Shown: one piece after another, positions 34,448 to 47,450 of the stretch
Layout: each line of letters starts with the position of its first letter
How positions within the stretch are numbered: position 1 is the first letter of the stretch
NCBI RefSeq assembly: GCF_004010195.1
Contig: NC_057750.1
Span: 13,864,023-13,923,562 of the forward strand
Source: Chiloscyllium plagiosum
Taxonomy: Eukaryota
Length of the DNA stretch: 59,540 bases
Direction: 5' to 3'
The notes under the pieces: model-generated
Databases searched by the model: none
Told to the model about the DNA's origin: nothing
Seen by the model: the letters and a program-made list of their open reading frames with translations, nothing else
Position numbers and translations under genes: made by a program

Positions 34448-34758
34448 TTAGATTAGATTAGATTCCCTACAGTGTGGAAACAGGCCATTCAGCCCAACCA
34501 GTCCACACCAACCCTTCAAAGAGTAACCCACCCAGACCCATTTCCCTCTGACTAATGCACCTAACACTATGGGCGATTTAACAAGGCCAATTCACCTGAC
34601 CTGCACATCTTTGGACTGTGGGGGGAAACCGGAGCACCCGGAGGAAACCCACGCAGACACGGGGAGAATGTGCAAACTCCACACAGACAGTCGCCCGAGG
34701 GTGGAATTGAACCTGGGACCCTGGTGCTGTAAGGCAGCAGTGCTAACCACTGAGCCAC
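34448..34758 (-). mobile_element. HE1-like V-SINE
   Basis: Near-consensus copy with (TTAGA)n on the plus strand. Confidence 0.92.
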
Positions 34759-35014
34759 TTTTATTTTATCTTAGAACTTCAGAACTCAGTTGTCATGCCT
34801 TTGTCAGTTAAAATTGTGTTCCATTTGTTGCAGAACCACAATGCATGATGCACAAGTTCAGCAAATGTTAGCTATAGTCACTACGTGTGGACAACTTCAG
34901 CCAAGGACTAATTCAGACCCACACAAAGATCCTTTGTTTACAAGTTATTAGAGTGTGGGTTACCTCAGGGAGGGTTTTAACCAGTAACGGCTGTAAATAT
35001 GTCAAGCTAAATAG

Positions 35015-35165
35015 TCAAAAAGGGTGGCGCTGGAAAAGCACAGCAGGTCAGGCAGCATCTGGGGAATAGGAGGGTGGACGTTTCGGGGCTAAGCCCTTCA
35101 TCAGGAATGCCGACCCGTGCCACCCTTTTCGACTCTGACTCTCCAGCATCTGCCGTCCTCACTGT
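35015..35165. mobile_element. PLE family A inverted insertion
   Basis: AGTCAAAAAGGGTGGC / GCCACCCTTTTCGACT arms; minus-strand CTGATGAAGGGCTTAGCCCCGAAACGTC. Confidence 0.75.
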
Positions 35166-35242
35166 CAAACTAAATAACTGTGCAGTGGGGGAAATGTGCA
35201 TTAATCTTGTTCAATGCTTATTGTCACAGCTTTTAGGAAGTA

Positions 35243-35717
35243 CAGTAGACTTGTTATTATCTGGCACCTTTGGGACCAAAAATGTATCGATTGATTGAGT
35301 ATTCTGGAGAATCAAGGGATCTGCATAATCAATGTAAAAACATAAACTAAGTAAAAGAAGTGTAATGCAGTGGGTCTGTTAGACTTTATTTAGAGCATAA
35401 ATCACTTCAACAATAACGCAACTCTGCCTTAAATAAAACTTACCAAATAAAACTCACTTGCACCCTCAACTGACCACTCAGACATAGCAATAGGTCACAT
35501 GATTTGAGGAGAAATTGACTTGAAATTGAAACAACTGTTGATATTTTGGGTGGCCATTTGATTCAGCAATAAGAATTTTACATTGAGCGAAATAAATTGA
35601 AACTATAATAATTAGACAGAATAATACAGTAAACTTCACAGTATTTCAGATATATAATTTTTGCCGGTTTATTGAGAGTGCCAGTTCATAAAGCGTCAGT
35701 TAAAACAAAGTTTGTTG
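35243..35717. mobile_element. Possible Tigger/pogo-like non-autonomous DNA transposon
   Basis: TA|CAGTAGACTTGTT ... AACAAAGTTTGTTG|TA degenerate TIRs with TA flanks. Confidence 0.4.
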
Positions 35718-37094
35718 TACTCAATTAAACACTTGAAGTGACATTATATTCAAGGTTAAGGGTCTAGTGTGGGAAAGTGGGTTGTGGTGTATGTTTGCCA
35801 GTATAGGTTCAATGGGTGGAAGGATTTCTTCTGTGCTGTATGATTCTATGATTCGATAATGAACAAACAGCAGACAAACACAAATCTGGGCCTGACCTAT
35901 TCCAGATTCAAGGTACCATCATGGAAGACCCATTTGAGTAATGGCTACCCAATCAATTGGACAGAAACAGAGTTTTGACCAAAGTGGCACAGAGCCAAGC
36001 AGGCAACTGCAGACAAGATGATGAAATTACTAAGTATCATTATCAACAAAAGAAGACAGCAGATAACCTTCAATCAAGAGACAAGAGTCTGATCAATTAG
36101 AGGGTGAGGATTAAAAATGGCTGATGAGCACTGGCCTTTGCGAAAGATCATGATCTGGGGCTTAACGTAGAAAATTGAACAAAGTCTGTGACGTGTGTGC
36201 ATACATCATGGAATCATAGAATCCCTACAGTGTGGAAGCAGACCATTTGGCCCATCGAGTCAACACTGACCCTCCAAAGACCATCCCACCCAGATCCACC
36301 CTATCCCTGTAACCCCATATTCCTCATGGCTAACCCACATAGCCTGCACATCCCTGGACACTGTGGGCAATGTAGCATGGCCAATTCACCTGAACCTGCT
36401 CACCTTTAGACTTTGTACATCCTTTTACCATTGTCTGAGCTGCAAGTCCATTTTTGAACTTAGTTCATTTTTAACCGTAGTTAATCATTGTCTTAATGTT
36501 AAATTAAAGCAAACCGAACAGATCTTACAGCTTGACACCAGCCCACATTGGGAGATATTAGGTATGATGACCAGAAACTCAAAGAGGTAGATGGAGGAAA
36601 GAGAAGGAGCGAGCGAGAGACAGAGGAGGAAGGTGTTCCAGAGCATGCGACCAAAACAGCTGAAGATCCAGCCACTGAAAGTGGAGTAATTAAAAACGGG
36701 AATGTGCAAGGAGGCAAAATTACAGATGGTCAGATATCTCAAAGAGTTATGGAGGTGGGAAGACCAAGCCACACTGTCCATATGTCCAGCACAAGATTTC
36801 CAAATTAAGTTCTGAACTCTGAGCCTCATCCGAGCAAATAGTCACTAAGAAGGTGGAGGAAGTGCTTCGAGAGCACTCCCTGAAAAACAGCAGGAATATT
36901 CCCTGTGAATGACACATTGGAATCTGCAGCTCATTGCCTGCCCAGGCTGAAGAAGAAGCACTCACAAAAGAGGCCAGCAATTTCAAAAGGCTCTAACAGT
37001 CTCAGATGCGAAAGGACAATTTCTTGCTCTTGAATAAACACAGGCTGACACCCCTACCTCCAATAGGGTCTGCACATCCAAATATTAGACTATT

Positions 37095-37400
37095 TAGAAT
37101 TAGAATCCCAACAGTGTGGAAACAGACCCTTCAGCCTAACAAGTCCACAATGGCCGTCCGAAGAGTAACCCACCCCCCGACTGATGCACTTAACCTATAC
37201 ATCCCTGAATATGATGAGCAATTTAGCTCAGCCAATTCATCCACCTGCACATCTTTGGAGGAAACCAGAGCACCCAGAGGAAACCCACACAGACATGGGG
37301 AGAATGTGCAGACTCCACACAGGCGGTCACTCAAGGCTGGAATCGAACCCAGGTCCCTAGTACCGTGAGGCAGTAGTGCTAACCACTGAGCCACCGTGAC
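37095..37400 (-). mobile_element. HE1-like V-SINE (another partial copy at ~36213-36415)
   Basis: Head, V-domain and tail on minus strand. Confidence 0.85.
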
Positions 37401-37454
37401 CTCAGCACTCACTGCAACTAGACTGCAACGGGACTTTTTAGATTCGTTTATATG

Positions 37455-38345
37455 GAGATGTAGTGGACAGTGAAGAAGATTATGTCAGAGTACAACGGGA
37501 CCTGGATGAGAGGGGCTGAGGGGTGGCAGGTGGAGTTTAATTTAGATAAACGTGAGGTGCTGCATTTTGGAAAAGCAAATCAGGGCAGGACTTATACACT
37601 TAATGTCAAGGTCCTGGGGAGTGTTGCCATATGAGGAGACCTTGGGGTGCAGGTTTATAGTTCTTTGAACGTTGAGTTGCAGGTAGATAAGATAGTGAAG
37701 AAGGCTTTTGGTTCATTTGCCTTTATTGGTCAGTGCATTGAGTGTGGAGTTGGGAGGTCATGTTGCAATTGTACCGGACATTGGTTTGGCTACGTTTGGA
37801 ATACTGCGTGCAGTTCTGGTCTCCCTGCTATCGGAAGAATATTGTTCAACTTGAAAGGATTCAGAAAAGATTTACAAGGATGTCACTGGGGTTGGAGGGT
37901 TTGAGCTATAGGGAGAGGCTTAAATAGGCTGGGGCTGTTTTCCCTGGAGCGTCGGAGGCTGAGGGGTGACCTGAGAGAGGTTAATAAAATCATGAGGGGC
38001 ATGGGTAGGGTGAAGGGCCAAGCTCTTTTTCCCAGAGTTTGGGAGCCCAAAACTAGAGGGCGCAGGTTTAGGTTGAGGCGAGAAAGATATAAAAGGGACC
38101 TAAGGGGCAACGTCTTCACGCAGAGGGTGGTGCGTGTATGGAATGAGCTGCCAAGGGAAGTGGTAGAGGTGTGTCCAATTGCAGCATTTAAAAGATATTT
38201 GGACAGGTATGTGGATAGGAAGGGTTTCGAGGGATATGGGCCAAATGCAGGAAAATAGGGCTAGTTCAGTTTAGGATATAAGTTCCGCATGAATGAGTTG
38301 GACTGAAGGATCTGTTTCCATGCCATACATCTCTGTGACTCTATT
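37455..38345 (+). mobile_element. CR1 LINE 3' fragment
   Basis: LQLYRTLVWLRLEYCVQFWSPCY and RGNVFTQRVVRVWNELP in shifted frames. Confidence 0.92.
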
Positions 38346-38996
38346 ATAGGATGTAGGCAGCACTGGCTTGACCAGCTTTATTGGCAGTGGCCTTTGAGAA
38401 GCTGGGGGTGAGCTTCTTTCTTGAACTAATGCAATCCACCTGCTGTCGACATACCCACCCCTGAGGGAGGGAATTCTGGGAGTTCGATCAGTGACAGTGA
38501 GGGAACAATGATATATTTCAAAGTTGGGATGACAGACAGTATATATCATTGCCGGAAGTGATGCACTGTTATACGATCTTGCTCTCTCTTACTGCTTTGA
38601 AGACTCTCCCTCAATAAAGTGAATATTTTCCTCACCCCAACACAACTTTGTGCATGTTCCTCTGCACAATGTGACCCAGAATATTATAAATTAGACTGGA
38701 GCTTTCAAGGTGCCGTTAGGGTTAGGTTAGGGTTAGGATTAGGTTGGGGAGATGTCATTTTAGTTTCAATTTTAGAGTTGTTTTTGTGATCTTGGAATAG
38801 GGAGGTCTGGAAGCTTGGTTCTGCATTTAAAAAACTTGAAGAATCAAAGTACTGTAGATGCTGGAAATCTGAAGCGAAAACAGGAAGTGCTGGAAATGTT
38901 CTGCAGGACTGGCAGCATCTGTGGGGAGAGAAAGAGAGTTAATGGTTCAAATCCAATAACTCTTCTTCAGTTCTGATGAGGGCATCAGACCTGGAG

Positions 38997-39262
38997 TGGC
39001 ATGGTGGCTCAGTGGTTAGCACTGCTGCCTTGCAGCATCTGGGACCCAGGTCTGATTCCAGCCTCAGGCTACTGTATGTGTGGGAGTTTGCACACGCTTC
39101 CTGAGTCAGTGTGGGTTTCCTCCCATAGTCCAAAGGTGTGCAGGCTAGGTGGACTGGCCATGGGGAGATGCAGGGATGGCGCGGGTGTGGGTGGGATACC
39201 TTTCAGAGGGTCAGTATGGACTAGATGGGCTGAATTTCCAGTTTCCACCTTGTAGGGGGTTC
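38997..39262 (+). mobile_element. HE1-like SINE
   Basis: GGCATGGTGGCTCAGTGGTTAGCACTGCTGCC head and partial V-domain. Confidence 0.85.
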
Positions 39263-39739
39263 TAAGACCTGTATAGGGGGGAAAAGCAATGCTGTTTTCC
39301 AGTGATATGTGTCTAGACACACGCTCAGACAATCATTATGAGGAAGCAAGAATGCTGAAAGCAGATCAAAGGTGGAAAGTCTTCTTTCGTAAGAAATCCT
39401 GCAACGCTGCTCAACATCGAATTTCGAGATTGTGCATGTTTACTCTGAAGTTGAAGTGATAGTGGACTGAATCACATCATACCTGAATGACATGTGCAAT
39501 AGAGAGAAACTTGGGTGAATTGTGTGAGATGAGCAGTGAGGAATTTGTCGTCATCTAATGTAAAGTGCCCTATTTTCCCATCAGGTGTTATTTAGCAAGA
39601 TTGTTCCAGGTGAGCAGCCTATTTTCATGCATTTACATTCTCATTACCACATCTTGTATCAATGCCAAACACAATGTCCTGTTCTCCCACCAGTGACCAT
39701 TCCCAACGTGAAACGCAGGGTGATTACTTAGAGTCATTG

Positions 39740-40037
39740 GTTAGATTACTTCAGAGTGGAAACAGTCTCTTCGGCCCAACAAGTCCACACCGTCCCTCTA
39801 AAGAACAACCCACCCAGACCCATTTCCCTACATTGACCCCTTCACCTAACACTATGGGCCATTCACCTAACCTGCACATCTTTGGATTGTGGGAAGAAAC
39901 CAGAGCACCTGGAGGAAACCCACACAGACACGGGGAGAATGGGCTAACTCCACACAGATAGTTGCCCAAGGCAGGAATTGAACCTGGGTCTCTGGTATTG
40001 TGAGGTAGCAGTGCTAACCACTGTGCCACTGTGCCGT
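39740..40037 (-). mobile_element. HE1-like V-SINE
   Basis: Head, V-domain and tail on minus strand. Confidence 0.88.
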
Positions 40038-41220
40038 CAATGAGCTTAGAAACAGGCCCTTCAGCTCACCATGCCTATGCTGACTGACAAACACCAAACT
40101 ACATTAATCCCATTTGCCTCCATTTTGTCTGTAGCCTACTATGTCCTGGCACTATAAGTGCTCATCCAGAAGCTTCTCAAATGTTGCCTCCGCGCCCTCT
40201 CAGGCAGCCCCTGGTGAAAGAGTGTTTCCTCAGAGCTCATCCAAACCACGTGTTTGCCTGGAAAATCCAGTATTTCGCTTCGATACCCATCAATACCAAC
40301 ATCTCAGGGCAAATGCCATGGGCAGCCCAATATAACAGGGACCATGGGCAGAGACTATGCTGAGGATTGCCAGCACTTGGCTGGGAGCATGACTGGGCTT
40401 TAAAGATGGCACCAGAAATCCAAAGAGACCCTGGCATTGGCCAATACTTCCACCTGTGGCGAGAGGGAAGTTGCAAGGAGTGGGGAACCAAATGGGCGTA
40501 GTGCCAAGGTGGTGAGGCGAATTTGGGAAGATGACATGCGAAAGCCCGCCAGGCCATGTGGAGAGAAACCCTCCATTAAACTGAGCAAAATTGTCACTCA
40601 GCCAACTTCTAGTCAAATTCGGCCTCGTTGTGTTCAGTTTGCAGTTTGTTGTTGGTGCCTCAGGGAGCTGAAGAAAACTGATTTGTGAGCGCACAGGAGT
40701 TTTCTGGAAGACAGCCTGCTGTAGCAGTGCCAGCCGTAGCAAGGGGGCTTGGCAGTCAGTTGGCTGGGCAGCTGGTTTGCAATACAGTCAAAGCCATCTC
40801 CTTTCCCAATCTTCCACCTTTTTCTGTTCTCCCACAGATGCGGGCCCAGACTGGGCAGCAGGCTCCCTTTCTGAAGGGGAGAAAGTGAGGACTGCAGATG
40901 CCGGAGATCAGAGTTGAAGAGCGTGGTGCTGGAAAAGCGCAGCCGGTCAGGCAGTATCCGAGGAGAAGGAGAATAGATGTTTCAAGCATATGCTCATCGT
41001 TTTTGATTCCCTTTTCGGAAGTGCAATACTGAACCAGTTGTGTTTTTATGACAATCCAGCAGCTTTCATGGTTACATTGTCCTTTGCTAGCCCGGCATTT
41101 TCCACGTTTATTGAGCTTATTTCCTTGTTTCATTTCGCAGGTAATTAGACGTGTAAAAGCTGACAGCATGGGCTCAGTTCCTGTACCAAATGAAGGTGTC
41201 ACCTTTTTAGCTGCCCCCTT

Positions 41221-41620
41221 GCTTTGTCTATTTATCCTATCCATGCCCCTCATGATTTTATGAACCACTATAAGGTCACCCCTCAGTCTCCAACTCTCAA
41301 GGGAAAACAGCCCCAGCCTATTCAATCTCTCCCTATAGCTCAAATCCTCCAACTCTGGCAACATCTTTGTAAATCTTTTCTGAACCCTTTCAAGTTTCAC
41401 AACATCTTTCCAATAGGAAGGAGACCAGAATTGCACGCAATATTCCAACAGTGGCCTAACCAATTTCCTGTACAGCCACAACATGACCTCCCAACTCCTG
41501 CACTCAATACTCTGACCAATAAAAGAAAGCATACCAAATGTCTTCATCACTATCCTATCTACCTGCGACTCCACTTTCAAGGAGCTATGAACCTGCACTC
41601 CAAGGTCTCTTTGTTGACTT
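41221..41620 (-). mobile_element. CR1 LINE fragment
   Basis: RDLGVQVHSSLKV, LVRPLLEYCVQFWSP, LRGDLIVVHKIMRG. Confidence 0.93.
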
Positions 41621-41714
41621 AACAAAATGGCTGAATAAAATAGTCCTTTATTTATGAGAGTTTAGGAGACTGATGGGCGATCTTATTCTAATGCACCAAT
41701 TCCTGAGGGGAAAA

Positions 41715-42060
41715 AGAGCTGTGGATGCTGTAAATCAGAAACAAAAACAGAAATTGCTGGAAAAACTCAGCAGGTCTGGCAGCATCTGTGGAGAGACAAA
41801 GCAGAGTTAACGTTTCGGGCACAGTACTCCTTCAGGATTCCTGAGGGGGCTTGATAGGGTAGACATTGAGAAGATGTTAGTGGGGGAAAGCACAGCAGGT
41901 CAAACAGTATCAGAAGTGCATGACTTCCCAGTCTGAGCGAAGGGACCTGCCTGAAACATTGACTCCCCTGCTCTTCTGATGCTACCTGACCTCTGTGCTT
42001 TTTCCAGCTCCACATTTTATCGAATCTGACTTTCCAGCATCTGCAATCCTCACTGTCTCC
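41715..42060. mobile_element. Cluster of PLE terminal fragments
   Basis: GCTGGAAAAACTCAGCAGGTCTGGCAGCATCTGTGGAGAGA...GAGTTAACGTTTCGGG (related arms at ~26745-26850, ~38845-38975, ~58835-58910) and a family A terminus at ~41930-42060. Confidence 0.7.
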
Positions 42061-42819
42061 AAATTAAGGCGGAGGGAGTTGTTGCAGAGGGAGAGGACGC
42101 TCACTTAAAACCGAAGGAGACGATGGAGAATTTACTACCTCAGAGAGTTGGAGAGGCTAACCATTGAAAGTTTTTGAAGAGCAGGCAGGTAGAGTTTTGA
42201 AATATTGAGGATTTGAGGCCATTGATGAGCCGGCATGAAAGCGGAGTGAAGGCCTGTGACAGATCAGCCATGACTTTGTGAGATGGTGGGGGGGCAGGTT
42301 TGAGGGGCCAAATGGCCCACTCACATTCCCATTTCCTGTAGTTTGTGTTTGTTTCTGGCAACCTTGTTTTCAACTCTAATGTAGTTCATGCTTCTCGCTT
42401 GATAAACACCTTTTTTGTTCATGGTAAAAGTACGCCATGTGAATGTTTTCAGTAAGTGACCTCCATGCTTATAAGAGAAAACCAGATTAAGGTCTCACTC
42501 TGGGATCCAACATTTCCATTATTAGCATCAGTTAGATTCATGCCATGAGGTACATTATTTTCTAACAAGATACAAGGGGACCTGTGTGTACCGGTCTTCA
42601 CTCCAGGAGGTCCTAAGGACTATTGACATATTCCCATCTACGCCTATGTGACATCTTCAGATTGGGTGGTGCTTAATTCGGCTTCTAACATTAACCTTTT
42701 CAAAAGTACAATAACCAGGATTTGGAGTTCAAGATGTAAATGAGCCAAAAAAGGGTAGTTTCTTCTGACTGAGAGCTCGCGGTGAGTTTATCAAACAGTT
42801 TGATCTCTTGTTATGAAGG

Positions 42820-43295
42820 GGTGGTGCGGTGGCTCAGTGGTTAGCACTGCTGCCTCACAGATTCCAGCCTCAGGCGACTGTCTGTGTGGAGTTTGCACAT
42901 TCATCTGGGTGCTCCAGTTTCCACTCACAGTCCAAAGACGTGCAGGTTAGGGTGAATTGGCTGTGCTAAATTGCCCATAGTGTTCAGAGATATGTAGGTT
43001 AGGTGTATTAGTCAGGGGTAGTAGGGGAATGGGTCTGGGTGGGTTACTCTTTGGAGGGCCCATATGGACTTGTTGGACCAAATGGCTTGTTGTTTCCACA
43101 CTGTAGGGATGCTAAGTAAACAGCAATGTTAGGTTAAAAATCACACAACACCAGGTTATAGTCCAACAGGTTTAATTGGAAGCACACTAGCTTTCGGAGC
43201 AACGCTCCTTCATCAGGTGGTTGTGCAATAACCTGGCGTTGTGTGATTTTTAACTTTGTACACCCCAGTCCAACACCAGCATTTCCAAATCATGA
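42820..43295. mobile_element. HE1-like SINE (+, to ~43112) and adjacent PLE family B hairpin (~43135-43294)
   Basis: Intact minus-strand hammerhead CACCTGATGAAGGAGCGTTGCTCCGAAAGCTAGTG at 43185-43219; AGCAATGTTAGGTTA / AGCAATATTCGGCTA flanks. Confidence 0.82.
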
Positions 43296-43753
43296 GCAAT
43301 ATTCGGCTAAGTTTGGAGTGGGCTTGAAAGACAAAAGCTCAAAAAGTTAAGAGATGGATTTGGGCAGGAGACAGAAATAACTTCCTCTGCAGGGACAGGG
43401 TAATTATCTTTTGACGAAACTGCAGTACCCAGGGTTACTGACTAAATGAGACTGCAAGCAGGCATCAGATTAACTCGAGATGTTTCAGGCTGAGGAGACT
43501 GCTGGGTGCGGTCAGCAGGAATTGTAGAGAAAAAGGAGAATGTGTGGTTGTTGCACAGCCTTACAATGACCCTGGTCACTCTACAACATAGGAACAGGAG
43601 TAGGCCATTCAGCCCTTTGAGCCTGCTCTAGCATTCAACATGATCATGGCGGACCCTCTATCTCATTGTCATCTAATCTCTTTCTCTCTTGAAGATCTAA
43701 AATCTGATCAAGCCCTTTGTGGAATATATTCTGTGACTTGGCCTCCACAGCCA

Positions 43754-44330
43754 GGGTGGGCTGGGGGAATGGTAGCTTGAAAGGCGATAGGTAAATGCAG
43801 GTGGGGTGTGATGTTGATTGGTCGAAGGTGAGGCTGGAGCGGATAGATGGGACAGGAGATGGACAGATAGGACAGTTCAAGAGGGTAGTGCCGAGTTGGA
43901 GTGTTGGATCTGGGATGGGGTGATGAGGAAACTGATGAAATCGATGCTGATGCCATGTGGTTTGAGTGGGAGGGAGAGTAGAAGTGGTCAGCCACAACAA
44001 ACAAGCCCACCATCCTGTCGCCCACCACTTCAACTCTCCCTTCCCACTCCACCAAGGACATGCAAGTCCTGGGCCTCCTCTACCGCCTGAATAACTCTGA
44101 TTTCTCTCCACAACTGCTGCCAGACCAGCTGAGCTTTTCCAGCAATTCCAATCTGACCTAGACCCATTTGCCAATACTTGGCCCCATATCCCTTGAAACC
44201 CTTCCTATTCATATATCCATCCAGGCACGTTTTGGATGCTGTAGTTGTACCAGCCTCCAGCACCTACTCTGAAAGCTTGTCCCCATGCTGGGACCACTCT
44301 CTGTGTGAAAAATTTATCCCTCAGGTCCTT
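43754..44330. mobile_element. Rearranged PLE GIY-YIG remnant (opposed pieces) followed by a minus-strand CR1 3' fragment
   Basis: Minus LKPHGISIDFISF at ~43925-43965; plus HPVAHHFNSP and STKDMQVLGLL at ~44005-44085; CR1 UTR ~44150-44330. Confidence 0.7.
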
Positions 44331-44724
44331 GTGTTGTTGTAACATTCTGTGTCCAATAGATAAGCTTATCTGGAGTTTCCAGGATGAAATTCAGATACAT
44401 AGAGTCAGCCTTTTTGAATATGATCTAGAATTGTCTGTTTAGATTTATCTATTTAGATTTTCACCACATCAGGTGGATTTGTTCCATGCTGTAGTGCAGT
44501 GTTCAGTCTGTAATTATGTTTGTGCAGTTTTTGTGTTCAGTGTATAGTTCTGCAATAGGTCTGCTGTGTTATTTGTAATTGTTTTTCTGTACTGCTTTGT
44601 GTTCAGTCCCGAATTGCCTGCTGTAAATACAGGTAAAGCTTTTTTTGTTCTGCTGGACTAAAGGCTGCCTTCTCATTAGAGGGATGTTCCTGGTGATTTA
44701 ACCTGACGGTCGCCATACCTCAGG

Positions 44725-45225
44725 GTTAGAGTAGTGCTGGAAAAGCACAGCAGGTCAGGCAGCATCCGAGGAGCAGGAAAATCGACATTTCGGGCAAAAG
44801 CTTACGGGCAGCATGGTGGCTTAGTGGTTAGCACTGCTACCTCACAACACTAGCATCTCAGGTCCCATTGCTACCTCAGGCAACTGTCTGGGTGGTGTTT
44901 GTACGCTCTCCCTGTGTCTGTGTGGGTGTGCTCTGGTTCCCTCCCACAGTCCAAAGCTGTGCGGGTTAGGTGAATTGGCCATGCTGAATTGCCCATAGTG
45001 TTATATGCATTAGTCAGAGGGAAATGGGTGACTCTTTGGAGGGTTGGTTGGGCTGAAGGGCCTGTTTCCACACTATAGGGAATCTAATCAGGGTTCCTGA
45101 TGAAGGACTTTTGCTCAAACCGTCGATTTTCCTGCTCCTCGGATGCTGCCTGACCTGCTGTGCTTTCCCAGCATCACTCTCATCTAGACTCTGATTTCCA
45201 GCATCTGCAGTCCTCACTTCTGCCT
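44725..45225. mobile_element. PLE family A hairpin with an HE1-like SINE (44806-45088) inside, itself inserted in an older SINE
   Basis: GGTCGCCATACC(C)TCAGG duplicated at ~44708 and ~45226; arms on both sides of the SINE. Confidence 0.8.
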
Positions 45226-45484
45226 GGTCGCCATACCCTCAGGCAAAGGGGAGCGGCTGAGAAGGAGAATCTTTCATGATAACGTCAACTAGTACAAGAA
45301 TTGAACCCATGCTATTGGCATCATCTTACACCCTGAACAAACTGTCCACCTGATTGATCTAACTGACCCACTCTTTCTGAAACGTGAGATTGCTATTACA
45401 CAAAATATGTGTAACCGCAACAGTAGGTGGAATCAGCAGGGAGGCTGAATTAGTTTCACACCAAGAGATCTCCTTACCTGAACG

Positions 45485-45742
45485 TGAACAAAGTCAGAAG
45501 TCACATGACACCAGGTTATAGTCCAATGGGTTTATTTGAAACCACAAGCTTTTCGGAGCATTGCTCCGAGGTCAAAACGCACACAACACCAGATTACAGT
45601 CCAACGGGTTTATTTGAAATCGTGCTGAAGGAGCAACGCTCGGAAAGCTTGTGATTTCAAATAAACCTGTTGGACTATAACCTGGTGTCAAATGACGCCT
45701 AACCCTGTCCACCACAGTCCAAGACTGGCACCTCCACATCCT
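45485..45742. mobile_element. PLE family B inverted insertion with a duplicated arm
   Basis: Two CACCAGGTTATAGTCCAA-type arms followed by the reverse arm; GTGAACAA on both flanks. Confidence 0.75.
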
Positions 45743-46804
45743 GGGTGTGAACAAGACAGACATAGACATTGAACAGTGTAAAATGGGAGTGTGTCATTGT
45801 TAAATGTCACACTATCATAATGACTGCGACCTCACTGGAAATGCAAACTGATCCTTTGGCAATTTAGTTCTTGGGAGGTTCAGTGACCCTGTTGGATAGG
45901 GAGGATAAAATGCACTTTGAAACATGTTCCGATACAGCACAGCCATGCAGGATAGATCAGAGACTTTCACTGAGTTCCCTCCCCCTCTGAAAACAGTGAG
46001 CAAGTGCCTGCTCACCCATAGCGACCTATTGTTGTGTTGCATTATTTCCAGGTCACAGTGGACCTACAGCAGGGTCATAACATTACCTTCACTTGGGAGT
46101 CGTTTATTGTCATCTGATACTGCTGTGCAACACTGTTGTATACGTGAAGGGGGAACAGCTAAAGTTCAGAAGAAAGCGAGGAAGGCTGTTGCTATATTTC
46201 ACTTAAACTTTTATCTTTGAGTTATGATTCTGCCCTTATCTAAGGAACGACATACACGTTGTAGAAGGAGTGTGACAAAGACCATTCCTGGGCTTGTCTC
46301 GTGAGGATGGATTGAGGAGATTGGGCCTCTACACTTTGGAATGAGAGGAGGTCTCTTAGAAACATGGAAATTTCTGCCAGGGTTTGACAGGGTAGGCGTG
46401 GAAAAGATGGTCTCCAGTTGAGGGTAGAGGAGGGATACGCAGAGGCCTACAACAGAGGACTTGGTCTGAGAGCAAAAAGCAGGCCATTTAGGATTGAGCT
46501 AAGGAGGGATGCCTTGACTCGGAAGGAGCTGAATCTTTGGAAATCTCTACCCCGAAGGCGATTGATGGTCAGTCATTGAGATTTCTAGGTATTAATGATA
46601 TTGAGAGATAAGGTGGGAGAATGATAATGAGGCAGATGATCGAGTTGAAAGCTGAGCAGGTTGATGGCTCAATGGTCTATTCCTGCATCTCTGCCCTTTA
46701 TTCCTGTAATTGTGAATACATGTTTAATACCACTTCATGGCACTCACTTTAATCATTTTATGCCTTTGCTTTCACAGAGATTTTAAATGTTCATTCATAA
46801 AGAG

Positions 46805-47450
46805 GTAGAATCATAGAGCTATAGGGCAGGGAGACAGACCCTTCGACCCAGCTTATCCAAACTGATCGGGTTTCCGAAATTAAACCGGTCCCATTTTCCT
46901 GCATTTAGCTCATCTCCCTCTATACTCCATCCAAGTGTCTTTTAAATGTTGCAATTGTACCAGCCCCCACCACTTCCTCTGGCAGCTCATTCCATACATG
47001 CACCACCTTCTGTGTGAAAACGTTACCCCTCATTTCCCTTTTAAAGTTTTCCCTCCTCATCTTTAACCTTTGTCCTCCAGTTCTGGACTCCCCTACCCTG
47101 TGCAAAAGATCTTGTCTACTTACCCTATCCATGCCCCTCATGATTTTATAAACTTCTATAAGTTCACCCCTCAGACTCCTACGCTCCAGAGAAAACCTCT
47201 GGAGAAAACTCCAGAGAAAACTCAAACCTACACGTCTGGGTAACATCCTTGTAAATCGTTTTTGCACCTTTTCCAGTTCAGTAACGTCCTTCTTAAACCA
47301 GGGAGACCAGCACTCCAAATGTAACCTTACCAATGTCTTGCACAGCCGTAACATGATGTGCCAACTCCTGTACACAATGCTCTGACTGCTGAAGACAAGT
47401 GTGCCAAATGCCTTCTTCACCACCCTGTCGACCTGCGATGCCACTTTGCC
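46805..47450 (-). mobile_element. CR1 LINE 3' fragment (a degenerate plus-strand CR1 fragment lies at ~46230-46700)
   Basis: ORF 46920-47576: KVASQVDRVVKKAFG, LRGELIEVYKIMRG, FTQKVVHVWNELP. Confidence 0.9.

Noticed and set aside
40756..41625. 289-aa minus-strand ORF
   Set aside because: CR1 fragment reading through into unique and PLE sequence by chance.
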